A stretch of DNA of 25,396 bases from positions 1 to 25,396 of the forward strand of contig NW_021836109.1 of NCBI RefSeq assembly GCF_006345805.1, read 5' to 3'. The position numbers and the translations under genes are program-made. Shown here piece by piece: positions 1-11,220 of the stretch; position 1 is the first letter of the stretch; each line of letters opens with the position of its first letter. Source of the stretch: Octopus sinensis. Lineage: Eukaryota. A model generated the notes under the pieces. That model worked only from the letters and a program-made list of their open reading frames with translations, did no database searches and was not told the DNA's origin.

Positions 1-154
1 TGGACTGGACGAGGTTCATTGGCGATAAATGGCGGAATTCCCAAGGTCTCATAAAAGCAATATGCTTAGTTGTTTTGGATTTCGGGTTTCTTTTTTCCGC
101 AGGCTTTCTTGACGGGAACTCTCAAAAACTATGCTCGAAAGCACGTGATTTTAA

Positions 155-987
155 AAACCAGAACAACTAGAAATACTTGGATGCCCACTCACTGATGCAG
201 GAATCAGTAACACTTTAATAACAAAAGAACATCAACTAAAAACAACTTTCAGACGTTTGGAGTTGCTAGACGCACATACCTCCCTATTCCTGCTAAAAAA
301 CGCCTTGTCAGCACAGAAACTAAATTACGTTCTTCGGGGTGCACCCTGCTACCTGAAAACGCAACAGCTCGACAATATCGATTGTCTCTTTCGGACCACA
401 ATTGAACGCATTACGAATGTGAAATTCAACGACCAAGGGTGGGACCAAGCGACCCTACCAGTTAACCTGGGCGGACTGGGAATCCCTTCTCCGAATGATC
501 TGGCTTGCCCCGCATATCCTCTTTGGAAAAATGTCAAGCGAGCCCTGAAGTCTGCAGAATATCCAGCCGTACTTGAACCGGTCGGGCTTGACCGAGGAGA
601 TGGAAAACGTCCTGAAGGGATCACAATTTTCCCATTTGAAGAGGGGAAACTCCTAGACTGGGACGCAACCTGTGTGGACATTCTCTGCCCGTTCAACATT
701 GCCGGGAGCGCAGTGGACAAACTGTATCCCGCGGAAAAAACGATGAGGGCAAAGGAGAGAAAATATGAAGCGCTGCGAGATCGATTCGTGTTCTGTCCGA
801 TTGTGGTCGAGACAACTGGAGGAATAAGTGGGAAATCGCTTCGCTTCCTAAAGAAGCTTGGACGCTTAGCCACATTAAAAAGCCACGACACACGTGAGAC
901 CCGGTGGCTTCTCCAGTTGATCTCCGTTGCTATCGTGAGAGGCAATAACAGTTTCTTTAAAAATATGATAACTTGACGCAAAAAAAA
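155..987 (+). mobile_element. CRE-clade non-LTR retrotransposon, 3' fragment with internal deletion and short poly(A)
   Basis: Open frame 155-976 reads LEILGCPL...LLDAHTSLFLLKN...KLNYVLRGAP...QATLPVNLGGLGIP, then EPVGLDRGDGKRPEG...WDATCVD...KERKY...PIVVETTG...ISVAIVRGN. This is the post-RT region plus REL endonuclease. LACPAY joins directly to KRALKSAEYPAVLEP, so the zinc-finger region is missing. A8 tract at 980-987. Confidence 0.85.
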
Positions 988-1268
988 TTGATAAAATAAG
1001 CTTCTCTTTTAAAGTATGGCCGTAATCACAGTGTAGGTGTTGGAAGGAGAGGATATATCCAGTCCTCCTTTGAGTGGGTGTTACATTACGGGCTTGTTTA
1101 TGGAGGGGGTTCGATGGGACGGGGGACATCGGGTGGAGTCGAGACCGAAGGAACTGTATGTGGAAATGCCTCCAATCTGGCTGATTCCGACAGAAAATAA
1201 AAATTATGACGACTCCTTGTACGTATGTCCAGTTTATAAGACACCGTGTGAGTTGGAACCCTTTCTCT
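985..1268 (+). pseudogene. Axonemal-type dynein heavy chain, C-terminal fragment (broken)
   Basis: KIDKISFSFK, a 23-nt GT..AG intron at 1014-1036, then VLEGEDISSPPLSGCYITGLFMEGVRWD...ESRPKELYVEMPPIWLIP...YVCPVYKT. The expected R-A-G-T-L-S follows in a shifted frame as TV*VGTLS. It starts immediately after the CRE poly(A). Confidence 0.8.
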
Positions 1269-1559
1269 ATTTCTTTGATGATCTATTAATAATTGACAAT
1301 TCCCTTCATTGACAATAATCCTGCTCCACCACGTCGGAGGGGGAATAAACATGCCTCCAATGGAGATTATCCTAAAAATAGGCACTCATCCTTTATAAGT
1401 CTTCAGCCGACTTTAACTTCTCTCGTTTTTTGACTGATGATCAGATGACAACTTCCTATTTGGGGTCCCCCAGTTACATGGTGGAGTCACTCTCATTATT
1501 TAGTCCCCCGAAATATTTCTAAGGATGCATCAAATCGTTCCGTAAATCCGTCGACTAAT

Positions 1560-4047
1560 ACAGTTTGGCCTGCTTTGAGACGACCTGTCGTCCTCACAGC
1601 GAAGCCCTAGCTAAATGCCACTTCACTGCTAAGTATTGGGAACCTTCTGGACAATGAGTCCGTACGGACTGGAATTTGTTTACGTCTCAGTATTCGCCTA
1701 TGCGGGCCACACGTCTGCCGCTGTGGTGCGAAAATCTGTCGCTTTGGACTGCACGCTTTATCGTGTAGACCAGGGGTGTCAAACATGCGGCCCTCAGCGT
1801 ACTTTACCAAACATAAGTGCGGTCTGATTTAATGGTTATAAAATGGAAAAAATTATTTTTTATTTTTTTACATTTAATAAAAATTTTTAATTGTATTTTT
1901 TAATCATGTTTGTTAATGTCACGTGCCTCTTCTGATAAAAAGAAAATGCTCCTTGAAAGATGACGGAGAGTGTTTCAAGATAAATGGAACTTTCTATTTT
2001 TGCACAATGGTTGATGGAAAATACATTGTTTTATATGTAACAAGTTTATCGCTATACCGAAAGAATACAACTAAAGAGGCATTATTGATCTAATCATCTA
2101 TCATACAATTATTTCGAAGGTATTAAGTTGCTTATTAACCAAGAAAGTCCAATGCGTGTTTCAAAGCTAATGATTGCGAAAAAATTTATCTGCGTTACAA
2201 ACTCATTTCACAAAAATCATAATCGAAGTACTGCATTAGTCACTGCAAGCTATGAAATCAGCAGAATGCTTGCAGTAAATGGAAAATCATATTGTGATGG
2301 TGATTTCCGAACAGATTAATGAAATGGCATTGAATTTGAAACACCAATTAAAGTCTGATTTGTTAAAATTCGAATATTTTTCAATTGCAATCGATTGAAA
2401 CAGTGACGTCCCTTGGAATTGCACATTTAGCAATCTTTTTTAGAGCCTGTGATTCAGATTTTAATATTTATGAAGATTTCTCAAACTGGTACCAATGCAC
2501 GATACTAGTACAAGTAAAGATATCTTTATAAAACTTCTACAAATTCTCTTTGAATATGGGTTTGATTTGAAGAAGCTTGTATGTTTATGCACTGATTGTA
2601 TTATTCATCAGCAATATTTGTGCTCAAAGATATAAAAATGTAAATTACCATTAGTTTGGTCACGAAAACAGTAAACTATATTAGAGGTCATCCCCTCAAC
2701 CACCAGCAGTTTAGTAAACTGCTGACAGATATTAATAATCAGTTCAGCGACATTCCTTTTTGTACTCCAGTCCGCTGGTTATCACTTCACAAAGTTGTTA
2801 AAAGATTTTATTTGTTGAGATCGGAAATAATTTTATTTATGGAGATGAAAGGGCAAAACACAGACGAAATGAAAAGTCAATCTTGGATCAAAGATTTGGC
2901 ATTTGCAGTGGATATTACCACACATATGAACGACCTTAATTTAGAATTGCAGGGCAAAGACAAGCTCATAACTCAGTCGTCAGATCATATCAAGTGTTTT
3001 ATTTCGAAAATAAAATTATGGAAGTTTCAGCTATTAAATGAAGATTTATTTCATTTTCCTACGTGCAAAGAGCTCAGGAGTAATGTTGATGCACATAATG
3101 TAATGAATTTTTCTCAGTATGAAAGACAACTAGAATCGTTGTTAAAGGATTTCAAGAAAGATTTAATGATTTTTCGTCTTTTGAACAACAATTTTCATTA
3201 TTCGCATCACCATTCTCTTTAATGTTTCCAATGCAGATGAAAGTTTACAAATGAAACTATTGGAAATTCAATCAGATTCTATACTTAAAGTTAAATATTT
3301 GGAGGTTGGAATACCTGCTTTCTTTTCATATCTTCCTGGAAAGTTTAAAAAATTTTAAAAAGTTGTCAATCCTCTGGAAGCAACTCTCATCAAAATTAAA
3401 GGGCGAAATTGAATAATTTAGTATCTCTTATTTTGGTTATTCATCATAATAAATATCAGAACTAATCTTCCCTTAATGAGAAAATTATTATAAATGCAGG
3501 CCCTCGAAGCAAAATTGTTACAAAATGCGGCCCTCAAAGCGAAATGAGTTTGACACCCCTGGTGTAGACGCAGTGCTGGCCGTATCCCGCAACACGCGGC
3601 TCTTAATGACCTTACCAAGAGATCCCTGGAACTCACCGGAATTCTTTCCTTGCTTGAACCCACTGGGATTGATCGGGGGACGGGAAAAGGCCTGACGGGA
3701 TAACTGTGTTTCCCTTCAACAGGGTGAAGCCTCTTACCTGGGATGCCATGTGTGTGGACTCTTTCTCGCCTCAGAACCTGCTGATGTCCGCATCCGCCCC
3801 TGGATCTATCGCCACAACCGCGGAATGCAAAAAGATGCGGAAGTACTCCTCACTTCTTTCCATTCGCGGTTGAGACTTCCGGTTTCTTGGGCGAAATGGC
3901 AATCAGCTTCGTTCAGGAGATCGGGTCCCGCATGTCCGCTCTCACAGGCGACGCCCGCGAATCAAGATGGTTTTTCGAGCGGATATCCCTCGCGATAGTA
4001 TGCTCTAACTCTTTCTCGATCGCGTCGGCTTCCCGCCCGTTTAATTA
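1560..4047 (+). mobile_element. CRE-clade retrotransposon 3' fragment (about 1560-1770 plus 3562-4047), split by a hAT insertion
   Basis: Removing 1771-3561 and one TSD copy gives a continuous frame: GNLLDNESVRTGICLRL...VCRCGAKICRFGLHALSCR|RSAGRIPQHAALND...EPTGIDRGDGKRPDG...WDAMCVD...KMRKY. After one frameshift it continues FPFAVETSG...ERISLAIVCSN...PFN*. Confidence 0.85.
1771..3561 (+). mobile_element. hAT (Buster/GTF2IRD2-like) DNA transposon, internally deleted, non-autonomous
   Basis: Perfect 14-bp TIR CAGGGGTGTCAAAC (1771-1784) and GTTTGACACCCCTG (3548-3561). 8-bp TSD GTGTAGAC at 1763-1770 and 3562-3569. Subterminal ATGC(A)GGCCCTC motifs at both ends. Transposase remnants ASYEIS..LA..GKSY.DG and VRWLSLHKVVKRFYLLRSEI...DLAFAVDITTHMNDLNLELQGK (ORF 2656-3222). 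Confidence 0.93.
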
Positions 4048-4159
4048 ATCAACATTAATCTTGACAAATACTGTAAATTGTTTGTTTGAGTTTGAAAATT
4101 ATCCTACGTATTGCCAAGTTCACCAGGATACAAATTTCCACGTGTCTCCCTTCCTTCAT

Positions 4160-4580
4160 CAACGATGGACTTGGGCTGTGAAGCACGGTTTCGTCTAATC
4201 AGGTTTGCCCCACTTTCGCTCGGAACTCCTATCCGCACTGGGAAGAACCTAATCAAAGAGAGCATCAACATAATCTCTTTGCACCCAATAACAATCCTCC
4301 TGGAAGTTAATTACAAATGCCCCAAAAAACAAAAAGAACATCCCACACTGTCCGGACAACACCCTGAATGAAGGTGTTAGTATCAAACTAGCCGAAGATG
4401 ACGTCCGAGGTGCGATTCGCACAAAAACTTCCGTCAAGTTTGGGGGTTCGCATTCCATTTCGTGTCGCTAGAGCGTAGCCCGCTCGTCATGGGGCACTCA
4501 ACGATGTCATCTCGCGAGCACTCAATGCTGCCGGTCAATCTATTCGAATTAGTCGGTCTGGACAAGGGGGAGGGCAAACC
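4160..4580 (+). mobile_element. Heavily deleted CRE-clade remnant (N-terminal piece joined to the zinc-finger/REL start)
   Basis: EGVSIKLAEDDVRGAIR (about 4370-4420) resembles the CRE N-terminal GDVRGAIR motif. It is joined to HSISCR..RHGALNDVISRALNAAG and a broken GLDKG.GK motif. Several frameshifts and stops. Confidence 0.65.
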
Positions 4581-4742
4581 TCCGGAAGCACAATGGCAAA
4601 TGTTTCATCTGAGATGCTAGGAGTACAGACACTTGGTCACCATCCGTAATGCTGTCAAAAAATTTTATTAAGTAATTTTTATTTTCAGAAATTAACGTAA
4701 TATTATTTTTAAATAAATTACATTTTTTCTAGTGGTATTTTT

Positions 4743-5405
4743 ATGAAGGATAAAATAAAACAATGGCGGGACAATAAATTTCCTCTCTACGAATTGAAAA
4801 TTTGTGTAGTAGGTCCAAGCAATTCTGGTAAAACAACATTCTGTCATTATTTATGTGTAATAATATATTTATTATTTTAGTTTAATGAATATATTCTTGA
4901 TACCCTCCCGACTGCCTCCCATGCTGCGTACAATGTTATTAAAAACAATACATCTCTTAATATAAATGATACTTCCAATAATAAACTGCACTGGTATCTA
5001 CTTACAGAATTTTGTTCCCGGGCAGATGTGATTGCGTATTATTTTTTGGTTTATTTCGAGTTTTATTTTTGATCCACTTGCTATGGAAATAGAAGAGAGT
5101 TTAGATATATTGATTCGACTTATTGACCAAGGTGTAATTGAAGAGCACATTCCTCTTCTCCTTTTATCTAATAAATCCGATTTATCTGGAGACATTGGTC
5201 ATGTTTTTTTTCCTAATTTTGTTGCAAAGTCTTATTTTTTTATATTTTAAGAATTTTACAACGATGGCCTGATCGTACCTCGGACATAAAAATGCTTTCA
5301 ATATCTTGTAAAAATGGACAGAACATAAAACAAGCATTCGAATGGATGTATAAATATCGTCGTAGAACTAATTTACTTTCTCTTATCCATTTTATATTTG
5401 ATTGA
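4743..5405 (+). CDS. Divergent Arf-like (Arl) small GTPase, 196 aa, 4 exons
   Basis: Exons 4743-4856, 4881-5035, 5061-5228 and 5252-5405 with GT..AG introns of 24, 25 and 23 nt total 591 nt, open, ending TGA. Motifs: G1 GPSNSGKTT, G2 TLPT, ADVIAFIFD, G4 LLLLSNKSD, G5 SISCK, C-terminal GQNIKQAFEWM. G3 is degenerate (DTSN). An upstream exon cannot be excluded. Confidence 0.8.
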
Positions 5406-5525
5406 GATTAATAAATAATTCTAACAATCATCAAGAAAGGGGACATTATTTAAATATATTCTCGCTGGTTTATGCTTACGTAGTTTTAACCACTTTCTTG
5501 AAAGCATACCTTTTAGTTTCTAGAA

Positions 5526-6332
5526 CAGGGTATCTTAACCGGGGGTACATGTGCCTAGGGGATACGCGGAACAATTTTCTAGTATGCAAAATTTAATTCC
5601 TTATCCAACAACATACTTATGCGAAACTGCGGTCAGTCAACACTGTCGACGGGAAAAGTTGAAATCAGGGTTGATACAACAATCCTCACCGAAACAAAAG
5701 TAGAATACAACAAGCCAGATATTTTTGTCCACAAAAAAGTCAGAAACGAAATAAATCTAATTAAAGTGGGTATTACTTCACAGGATCGCCTCAAGCAAGT
5801 GGAGGTTGAAAAGTGTCACAAGTATGATCTACTGCCAAGTGAGCTTTCGCTTCTGTATAGCTGTCAAGTAAAAATAATTCCTGTGGTTATGACATGGGAT
5901 GGAGTTGTCTCGAAATGCTTCAAAAATTATATGAAGAAACTATCTATTCAAGCAGGAACGAGGACATACATCCAATTCGTTGTACTGAAAAGAACGCTCA
6001 AGAGTATGATGATCAAACACAAACACGGAATGAAGGTATCTGGTGAAGAATACGCTTCTGCTTCCAACCGACTTGTGGAGATGGCATGCAATGGTGAATT
6101 CCAGAAAAGCAACAACAAATATCTCACTATAATTAAATCTTTTACACTTTTTCGGCATAAAATATTTTATTGATTTTGTTTAGTTAGAAAATAATTTATA
6201 TTTTATAATTAAATCATTTATCTCAAAAAAAGATATGTAAAAATTTAAAAATCGATAGGGGGTACGCGGGATCCATTTTTAACCCCAAGGGGTACAATTC
6301 ATCAAAAATTTAAAAAAGGTTAAGAACCGCTG
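5526..6332. mobile_element. hAT (Buster-type) MITE-like element carrying an internal retrotransposon fragment
   Basis: Imperfect 15-bp TIRs (12/15): CAGGGTATCTTAACC (5526-5540) and GGTTAAGAACCGCTG (6318-6332). Near-identical 8-bp flanks TTCTAGAA (5518-5525) and CTCTAGAA (6333-6340). GGGG(G)TAC/GGGGATAC subterminal motifs at both ends. Confidence 0.75.
5600..6125 (+). mobile_element. R4/Dong-like non-LTR retrotransposon, REL endonuclease 3' fragment
   Basis: ORF 5619-6173: KVEIRVDT...YNKPDIFVHKK...IKVGITSQ...VEVEKCHKYDLL...KIIPVVMTWDG...YIQ...KRTLKSM. Collinear with the REL region of 7000-8046 and 16039-16743. Confidence 0.85.
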
Positions 6333-6379
6333 CTCTAGAACATTCTTATTTTATATAGCTTTTGATGTTATATTGGATC

Positions 6380-6900
6380 AAATCTATAAATTCCGTCCTT
6401 TAAGATTTTAGTTTTCTTTTAGTCTCATTAGTTAAAGATCTAGTTTTTTGCTTAAAAAGATTGTTGATAATTTTAAAGAATGCTTTTGGAATTATTGTTT
6501 ACGCATAGTATGGGTTGCTAAGATGGAGAAAAGAGAGACTGAGGGAGTAATTCTTTGAGTAAGAAGCTTGAGGCTAGATATAATTGCTTTTAATGCTTAT
6601 TTTCCAAGTAGTTGATATAAAGCTATGAAGAAATTCAATTACCTGGTCCTTAATTAAACATTAGATCGATATCCTGGATGTTGTTTTTAATTATAATTTG
6701 GGATTCTTGTTTTTCTATAGGGACTTTGAGTTTGACATCCCTGCTCTAGAGGTTAAATCGAAAGACCTCGAAATTTTATTTTGTATTTCAGCAGTGAGTC
6801 TTTCTATTTTTCTGTGTTTTTGATACCAAGTCTATTTGTTTATCGTATAAACGTATTCCTGCATTAAAGGATATTAAATCCCTGTCCATACTGTCTGCAC
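6380..6900 (-). mobile_element. Possible highly decayed non-LTR RT N-terminal remnant
   Basis: Hand translation gives broken traces such as KVPIEKQESQIIIKNN...GPG and KNY.(P)SL, with many stops. Weak support only. Confidence 0.25.
6730..6743. mobile_element. Solo hAT terminal inverted repeat
   Basis: GTTTGACATCCCTG is 13/14 identical to the TIR of 1771-3561 and is followed by the hAT-type target CTCTAGAG (6744-6751). I saw no partner end nearby. Confidence 0.6.
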
Positions 6901-6999
6901 TCTGACTTCAGTATGACAATTCTTTTTTTTTCTTAGCACCAAATGAATCAATTAAGTATTAATTAAAGTATAATTTTCTCAATCTGTTCATTACTTCCT

Positions 7000-9790
7000 C
7001 TATTCTGATATTCCCTCAGGTAAGGATGCCAGCCTCTTTCCTTGGGAAGTGCTGACAGGCAGTGGCGAAGTTATGGTCATATCTATTTGTCGATAAATAA
7101 CTTTTATTCTTTTGTCCAGTTCGAGAGTCCTTTGGCGTGGCTCAATTCTGTTCCTATAGGAAACAATCATGCTCTCAAGGGTTTTTTTGATAGTGAGTGA
7201 TTGTATATACGCATGTGTTCTCTCATTGATGTTCAACGATTGTGCATACTGTTGGAATTTTGAAGTGACAAGTCCGTCCCAAGTTAATACAATCGGTACT
7301 ATTTTCACATTGGCATGATATATCAACTCCAATTCCTTTGATAGAAGGTCATACTTTCTAAGTTTTTCTACCTCCACTTGTTGTAAGTTTGGGGCAGATG
7401 TTATCCCAACCTCAATCAGGAATATCCGGTTGTTCTTCTTGTCAAAGATAAACAAATCGGGTTTGTTATGTTCTAGTATTATGTCTGTTTTAATGAAGGT
7501 GTCCACTTTGATTTCGACAAACTCATTAACAGACACAGTTTGTACAGAGTGAGTTTTCAGCTTCTTCTCATTCTTGAGTCCGAATTCTCGACATAAATGA
7601 AAATGAATACACCTAACTACTTCATTATGCCTTCTAACATAGTCCCCATGCAGCATCTTTTCACATCTGGTAGCACAGTGGTCGACAGTCTTCTTCCATT
7701 TCATACAGTGTGGACACATTAAATTGTGGTCTGCGAAGAATAAATTTCTATCCTGTAGAAGACAGAACAAGCCTTCTGACCGTGGAGAATTATTGCCTCT
7801 GGCTAGCCAGTGACTGGAATCTTCAACCTTCACGAAATCTTCCTTAGAATTTTTATAGAGAATTGAGTGAAGACTTTTTGAAAAGGTCTGATCCAGTAGG
7901 CGTTTGTTCTGCGCATCTGACAACAGTTTTTTTTCCAGTAAAAGTGAATCTTCCAAAGAATATTTGCGCTTCAAGTATTCTTCAATAGTGGCCAGATGAG
8001 TTTTTTCAACATTTCGGCATGAAGAATCGAGAAGCTTCTTTTGCAAGCACCACTTCTGCGTTTTAAGTCCAAAAGGAGTCCAAGGAGCATACTTTCACTT
8101 AGAAAAGAAATTGAGCGTAATCCTCTCCCAAAATTCTTACGAGGAAGATATAATCTCTGTTTGTTTGCTGGTCGGAGGTGTATTCTGTATTCAGTTAATT
8201 TTGATCGGATTGTATCGTCTACCATTTCGAATTCAAATGGCTCAATATCAACTAGTCCGATGTAATAATTGTACAATGAAAGAGCGTGTTCATTAATTGC
8301 TTTGAATAAGTTTACTCCATTCAATTTAGTATTTGCTAGCCTCTCTATCCGCATAATTACTTCTTCCAAAATGATTTTCAGCATTTTCTGCTTCTGGATT
8401 TTCCCAGTTGAGCTTTCAAGCACTCCAAGGTATTTGTATCCATCAATTCCATCAAGAACTCTTGCCTCTTCTGACAACAAGTAGGTATTCGTGGCCGACT
8501 TTTCCAAATTTTTCTCCAACCCAACCGCATGGAAATAATGATTCACCTCTTCCATCATTTTGACAATAACATTTTCACTCTTCGAAACAAGTTTCAAATC
8601 ATCAATGAAAAGAAGATGATTTGTCGAAAACGGTGTGATCTGATTTTCTCGCCCCATAGAGACCTTCGGGAACTTATAAGATAATAGGCGGCTCAGTGGG
8701 TCCAACACAAGGACAAACAGCATAGGTGACAAACTGTCTCCTTGGAGGATTCCCCGTTCAATTCGTACATCTCGAATATATTTGTTATTTAGTCTGAGTT
8801 TGACACTCCATTTAGTAATCAGCGACTCGACAAATTTTACAATCCATCCAGGTATCCCAGACTTTTCCAAAATTTGTAGTAAAAAAGAATGATCCACTGA
8901 GTCAAATGCTTTTTTAACATCAATCCATGCAGAGTGTAGCTTGTAATCGTTTGATCTGTTGATCTCTTTGTTAACTATTGCTTGCTCTTTCGCACCTTGG
9001 CATATTCTCCTCGTCCCCAATTGGTTTTCTGAGAGGAGGTCGTAAGCTTCCACATATTCACAAAGTTTGGTATTTACACATTTAGTCATCAGTATATAGA
9101 GAGACGGCATACATGTTATAGGCCGCAATTCCTTTGGAGACCTTGGATCTTCGCACTTTGGGATCAGGTGTGTGACCCCTGTATAGAACCAATTTCCTGG
9201 AATGGTTTTTCCACTAATGACATTAAGGATTTGCTGAAAGATTGAATCATGAAGTGATGTAAACTTCTTCAAGAAGAAATTATAGACTCCATCACAGCCT
9301 GGGCTTTCCAATTTGGCAAATATTTAACTGTCTCTTCAAATAAACACTTTTGGACCTCGGCTGATACGCCTTCCACTCCAGTCATCCTCTTCTCGATCTC
9401 AATTGTCTCACCAATCAACTGTTTTTTTCGCCACATGTTCTCCCAGTATATTCCACATTCTTCATCATCCACTGAGATGACGTTTTTAGTACTGTTTTCT
9501 TTAAGACCTCTGTAGAAAGCTTTCCGATTAAGTTCAAATTTTTGATTATCTAGTCGAAATCCTTTCTCGTTTCATGTGTAGCTAACTTTTTTTGGATAAC
9601 CGCAATTTTTTCATTAATAAAAGAGATTATTCTCGCTCTCTCTCCAGAGTTTTTCTTTTTATATCCAACCAGGAATAATGCATGGCATGCAAGTGGTTTT
9701 TCTTCAGCCGCAAGAGTTTTCGAAATATTTCTAAGGATATTTCCCCGGATACTCGGATTGGATTCGGTAGATCCTTCCCTTCATCTGTCT
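7000..9790 (-). mobile_element. R4/Dong-like non-LTR retrotransposon (RT, CCHC knuckle, REL endonuclease), near full length
   Basis: N-region N.KFELNRKAFYRGL, then WKA/PGCDG, LRPITC, WIDVKKAFDSV, GILQGDSLSP, HLLFIDDLKL, YKYLGVLE and RLYLPRK..GRGL. CCHC knuckle CPHC-x8-H-x4-C followed by RRHNEVV. REL NKPDLF...IEVGIT...EKLRKYD. Only three single-base frameshifts (about 9560, 9303, 8013) and no in-frame stops. The 5' boundary is approximate. Confidence 0.92.
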
Positions 9791-9999
9791 AGCCGAGTGG
9801 TTTACTCATCCATTCATATGTGCCAATTTTGCGTCCCCCAAGAAAAAAGGATCCACCCGACTTACTCATTTTGAGTTGAAAGGAGGTTGGTTCTGAGTGA
9901 GGACTTTGAATAGATACCGAGCCATGTGGGAGACAAGTCCAAGTCAAATTTATAGGGGAAGGCATGTGCGAATACTCGGGAGATGTTAGTTGTGTGTAG

Positions 10000-11040
10000 T
10001 CTATCATTGGAGTCGGACAGATCACTTCCCCAAGACAAATCCCCTACGTCGATTCCCCCGGAAGTGGAGACCAAAATATTTTTCCCGTCCAAACAATTCC
10101 TCGACCTGTTTGACATCATCGACAGACAAATCAGCCACGGCCACCTACCAATCTCCCATCTCGTCTACCAAAAGAGTCTTCAAATACTGGTACACCTCAG
10201 TCGACACGAGTTTATCTGTCAAACATATTCAGAACGACAACCTTCGGGTCCTCTCGAAAGGTCCTCCTCGACTGTCCTCCCACAATATTTACCAAAAATC
10301 TCACAATCATTCTCCCACACAGGAATAGAGCAATTCTGGCCAATTAGCCAACTCAATACATTCACAATGCAGAGGAGGAGCACCCTCGATATTTCCAACT
10401 CGACGAGTACTCCACAGAGAGGTACAGCAATGCTTTGTTCGACACTCCCTCGAACTCAAAAACCGAATTAACCACGTCGAATGCACTCTCGAATTCGTCT
10501 AATTGGGTCAGTCAGCACACAACTGATATCCACATGGCACTCTATTATCAACTGCTTTACAAATATCTGTTCGACAACCACCTGACTGGGTTATATATAC
10601 ACTCTCCGAGTATTTCAATGCTTTTTACAGATAATTCAGAGCATCCGGAAAGTGGCAAATTTTCTAATAAAATGTAATATTAGTACCATCAAATAGTGCC
10701 CGATTTCCAAACTGAATTGAAATACTTTTAGGCTTTTTTTGGCCGCAATGAAGATCTGCCGAATGATGACACAAATTAACTTGAATGCACTGATTGTAGC
10801 ACTGTATTGCGTTCTCCAGATCCTCTCCGTATGTTATGAAACGATTCATTCTGCAGTACGTGTCGTGCGAAATGTATTTCCTGGCTGCTTCTATAAGATC
10901 TGTCGGGTCGGACAATACCTCCTTAGAACTGGCTGCCTGAAAACTAATTTTGTGATAAATTTGACTACTCGTGGCTTAGGTAGTGGAGAAATGCGGCACA
11001 GTCATCGTCGAATTCTCCCTGGTGGTGGAAGGACTTTATT
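10000..11040 (-). pseudogene. Decayed TPR-repeat-like protein gene
   Basis: Hand translation across frameshifts: YGEDLENAIQCYNQCIQVN, LEIGHYLM|KICHFPDALNYL*KALKYS, QLDEFESAFDVVNSVFEFEGVSNKALLYL. GT..AG introns at 10664-10686 (23 nt) and probably 10937-10968 (32 nt). Contains nonsense codons and a 4-bp CTGA duplication. Confidence 0.5.
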
Positions 11041-11220
11041 AGGGCAGATATTTGTTTTATGAGATCGCTGTTATTTTCTCTTTTTGATCGTCTAGAATTT
11101 ATTTTATTTATCTACTTTTTAAATTTGTTTATTATTTCTCTGTATTCTAAAAAGATTTCATTGAATGGTTTATTTGCGGACATTGACTCACAAAAGACAC
11201 TTATTTTATTCACGAATTAG

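Noticed and set aside
349-981. 210-aa minus-strand ORF
   Set aside because: It is an antisense shadow of the CRE ORF with no recognisable motifs.
1290-1545. Minus-strand LFPLRRGGAGLLS, resembling a non-LTR GGLGL motif
   Set aside because: A single short motif among many stops is not enough to call.
7971-8046. Programmed ribosomal frameshift between the RT and REL ORFs
   Set aside because: I saw no convincing slippery site with a downstream structure at the junction. R4-type elements have one ORF, and two other lesions of the same type occur in this element.
10090-10630. Stop-codon reassignment (TAA/TAG = Gln), suggested by ALNYL*KALK and GDW*VAVA
   Set aside because: The open genes and the long RT ORFs contain no in-frame TAA/TAG, SAMD15 ends in TAA, and this region also has frameshifts. 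CAA/CAG-to-stop mutation in a pseudogene is simpler.
9983-10677. Plus-strand ORFs of 162, 112 and 80 aa
   Set aside because: They are Ser/Thr/Pro-rich antisense shadows of the minus-strand TPR-like pseudogene.
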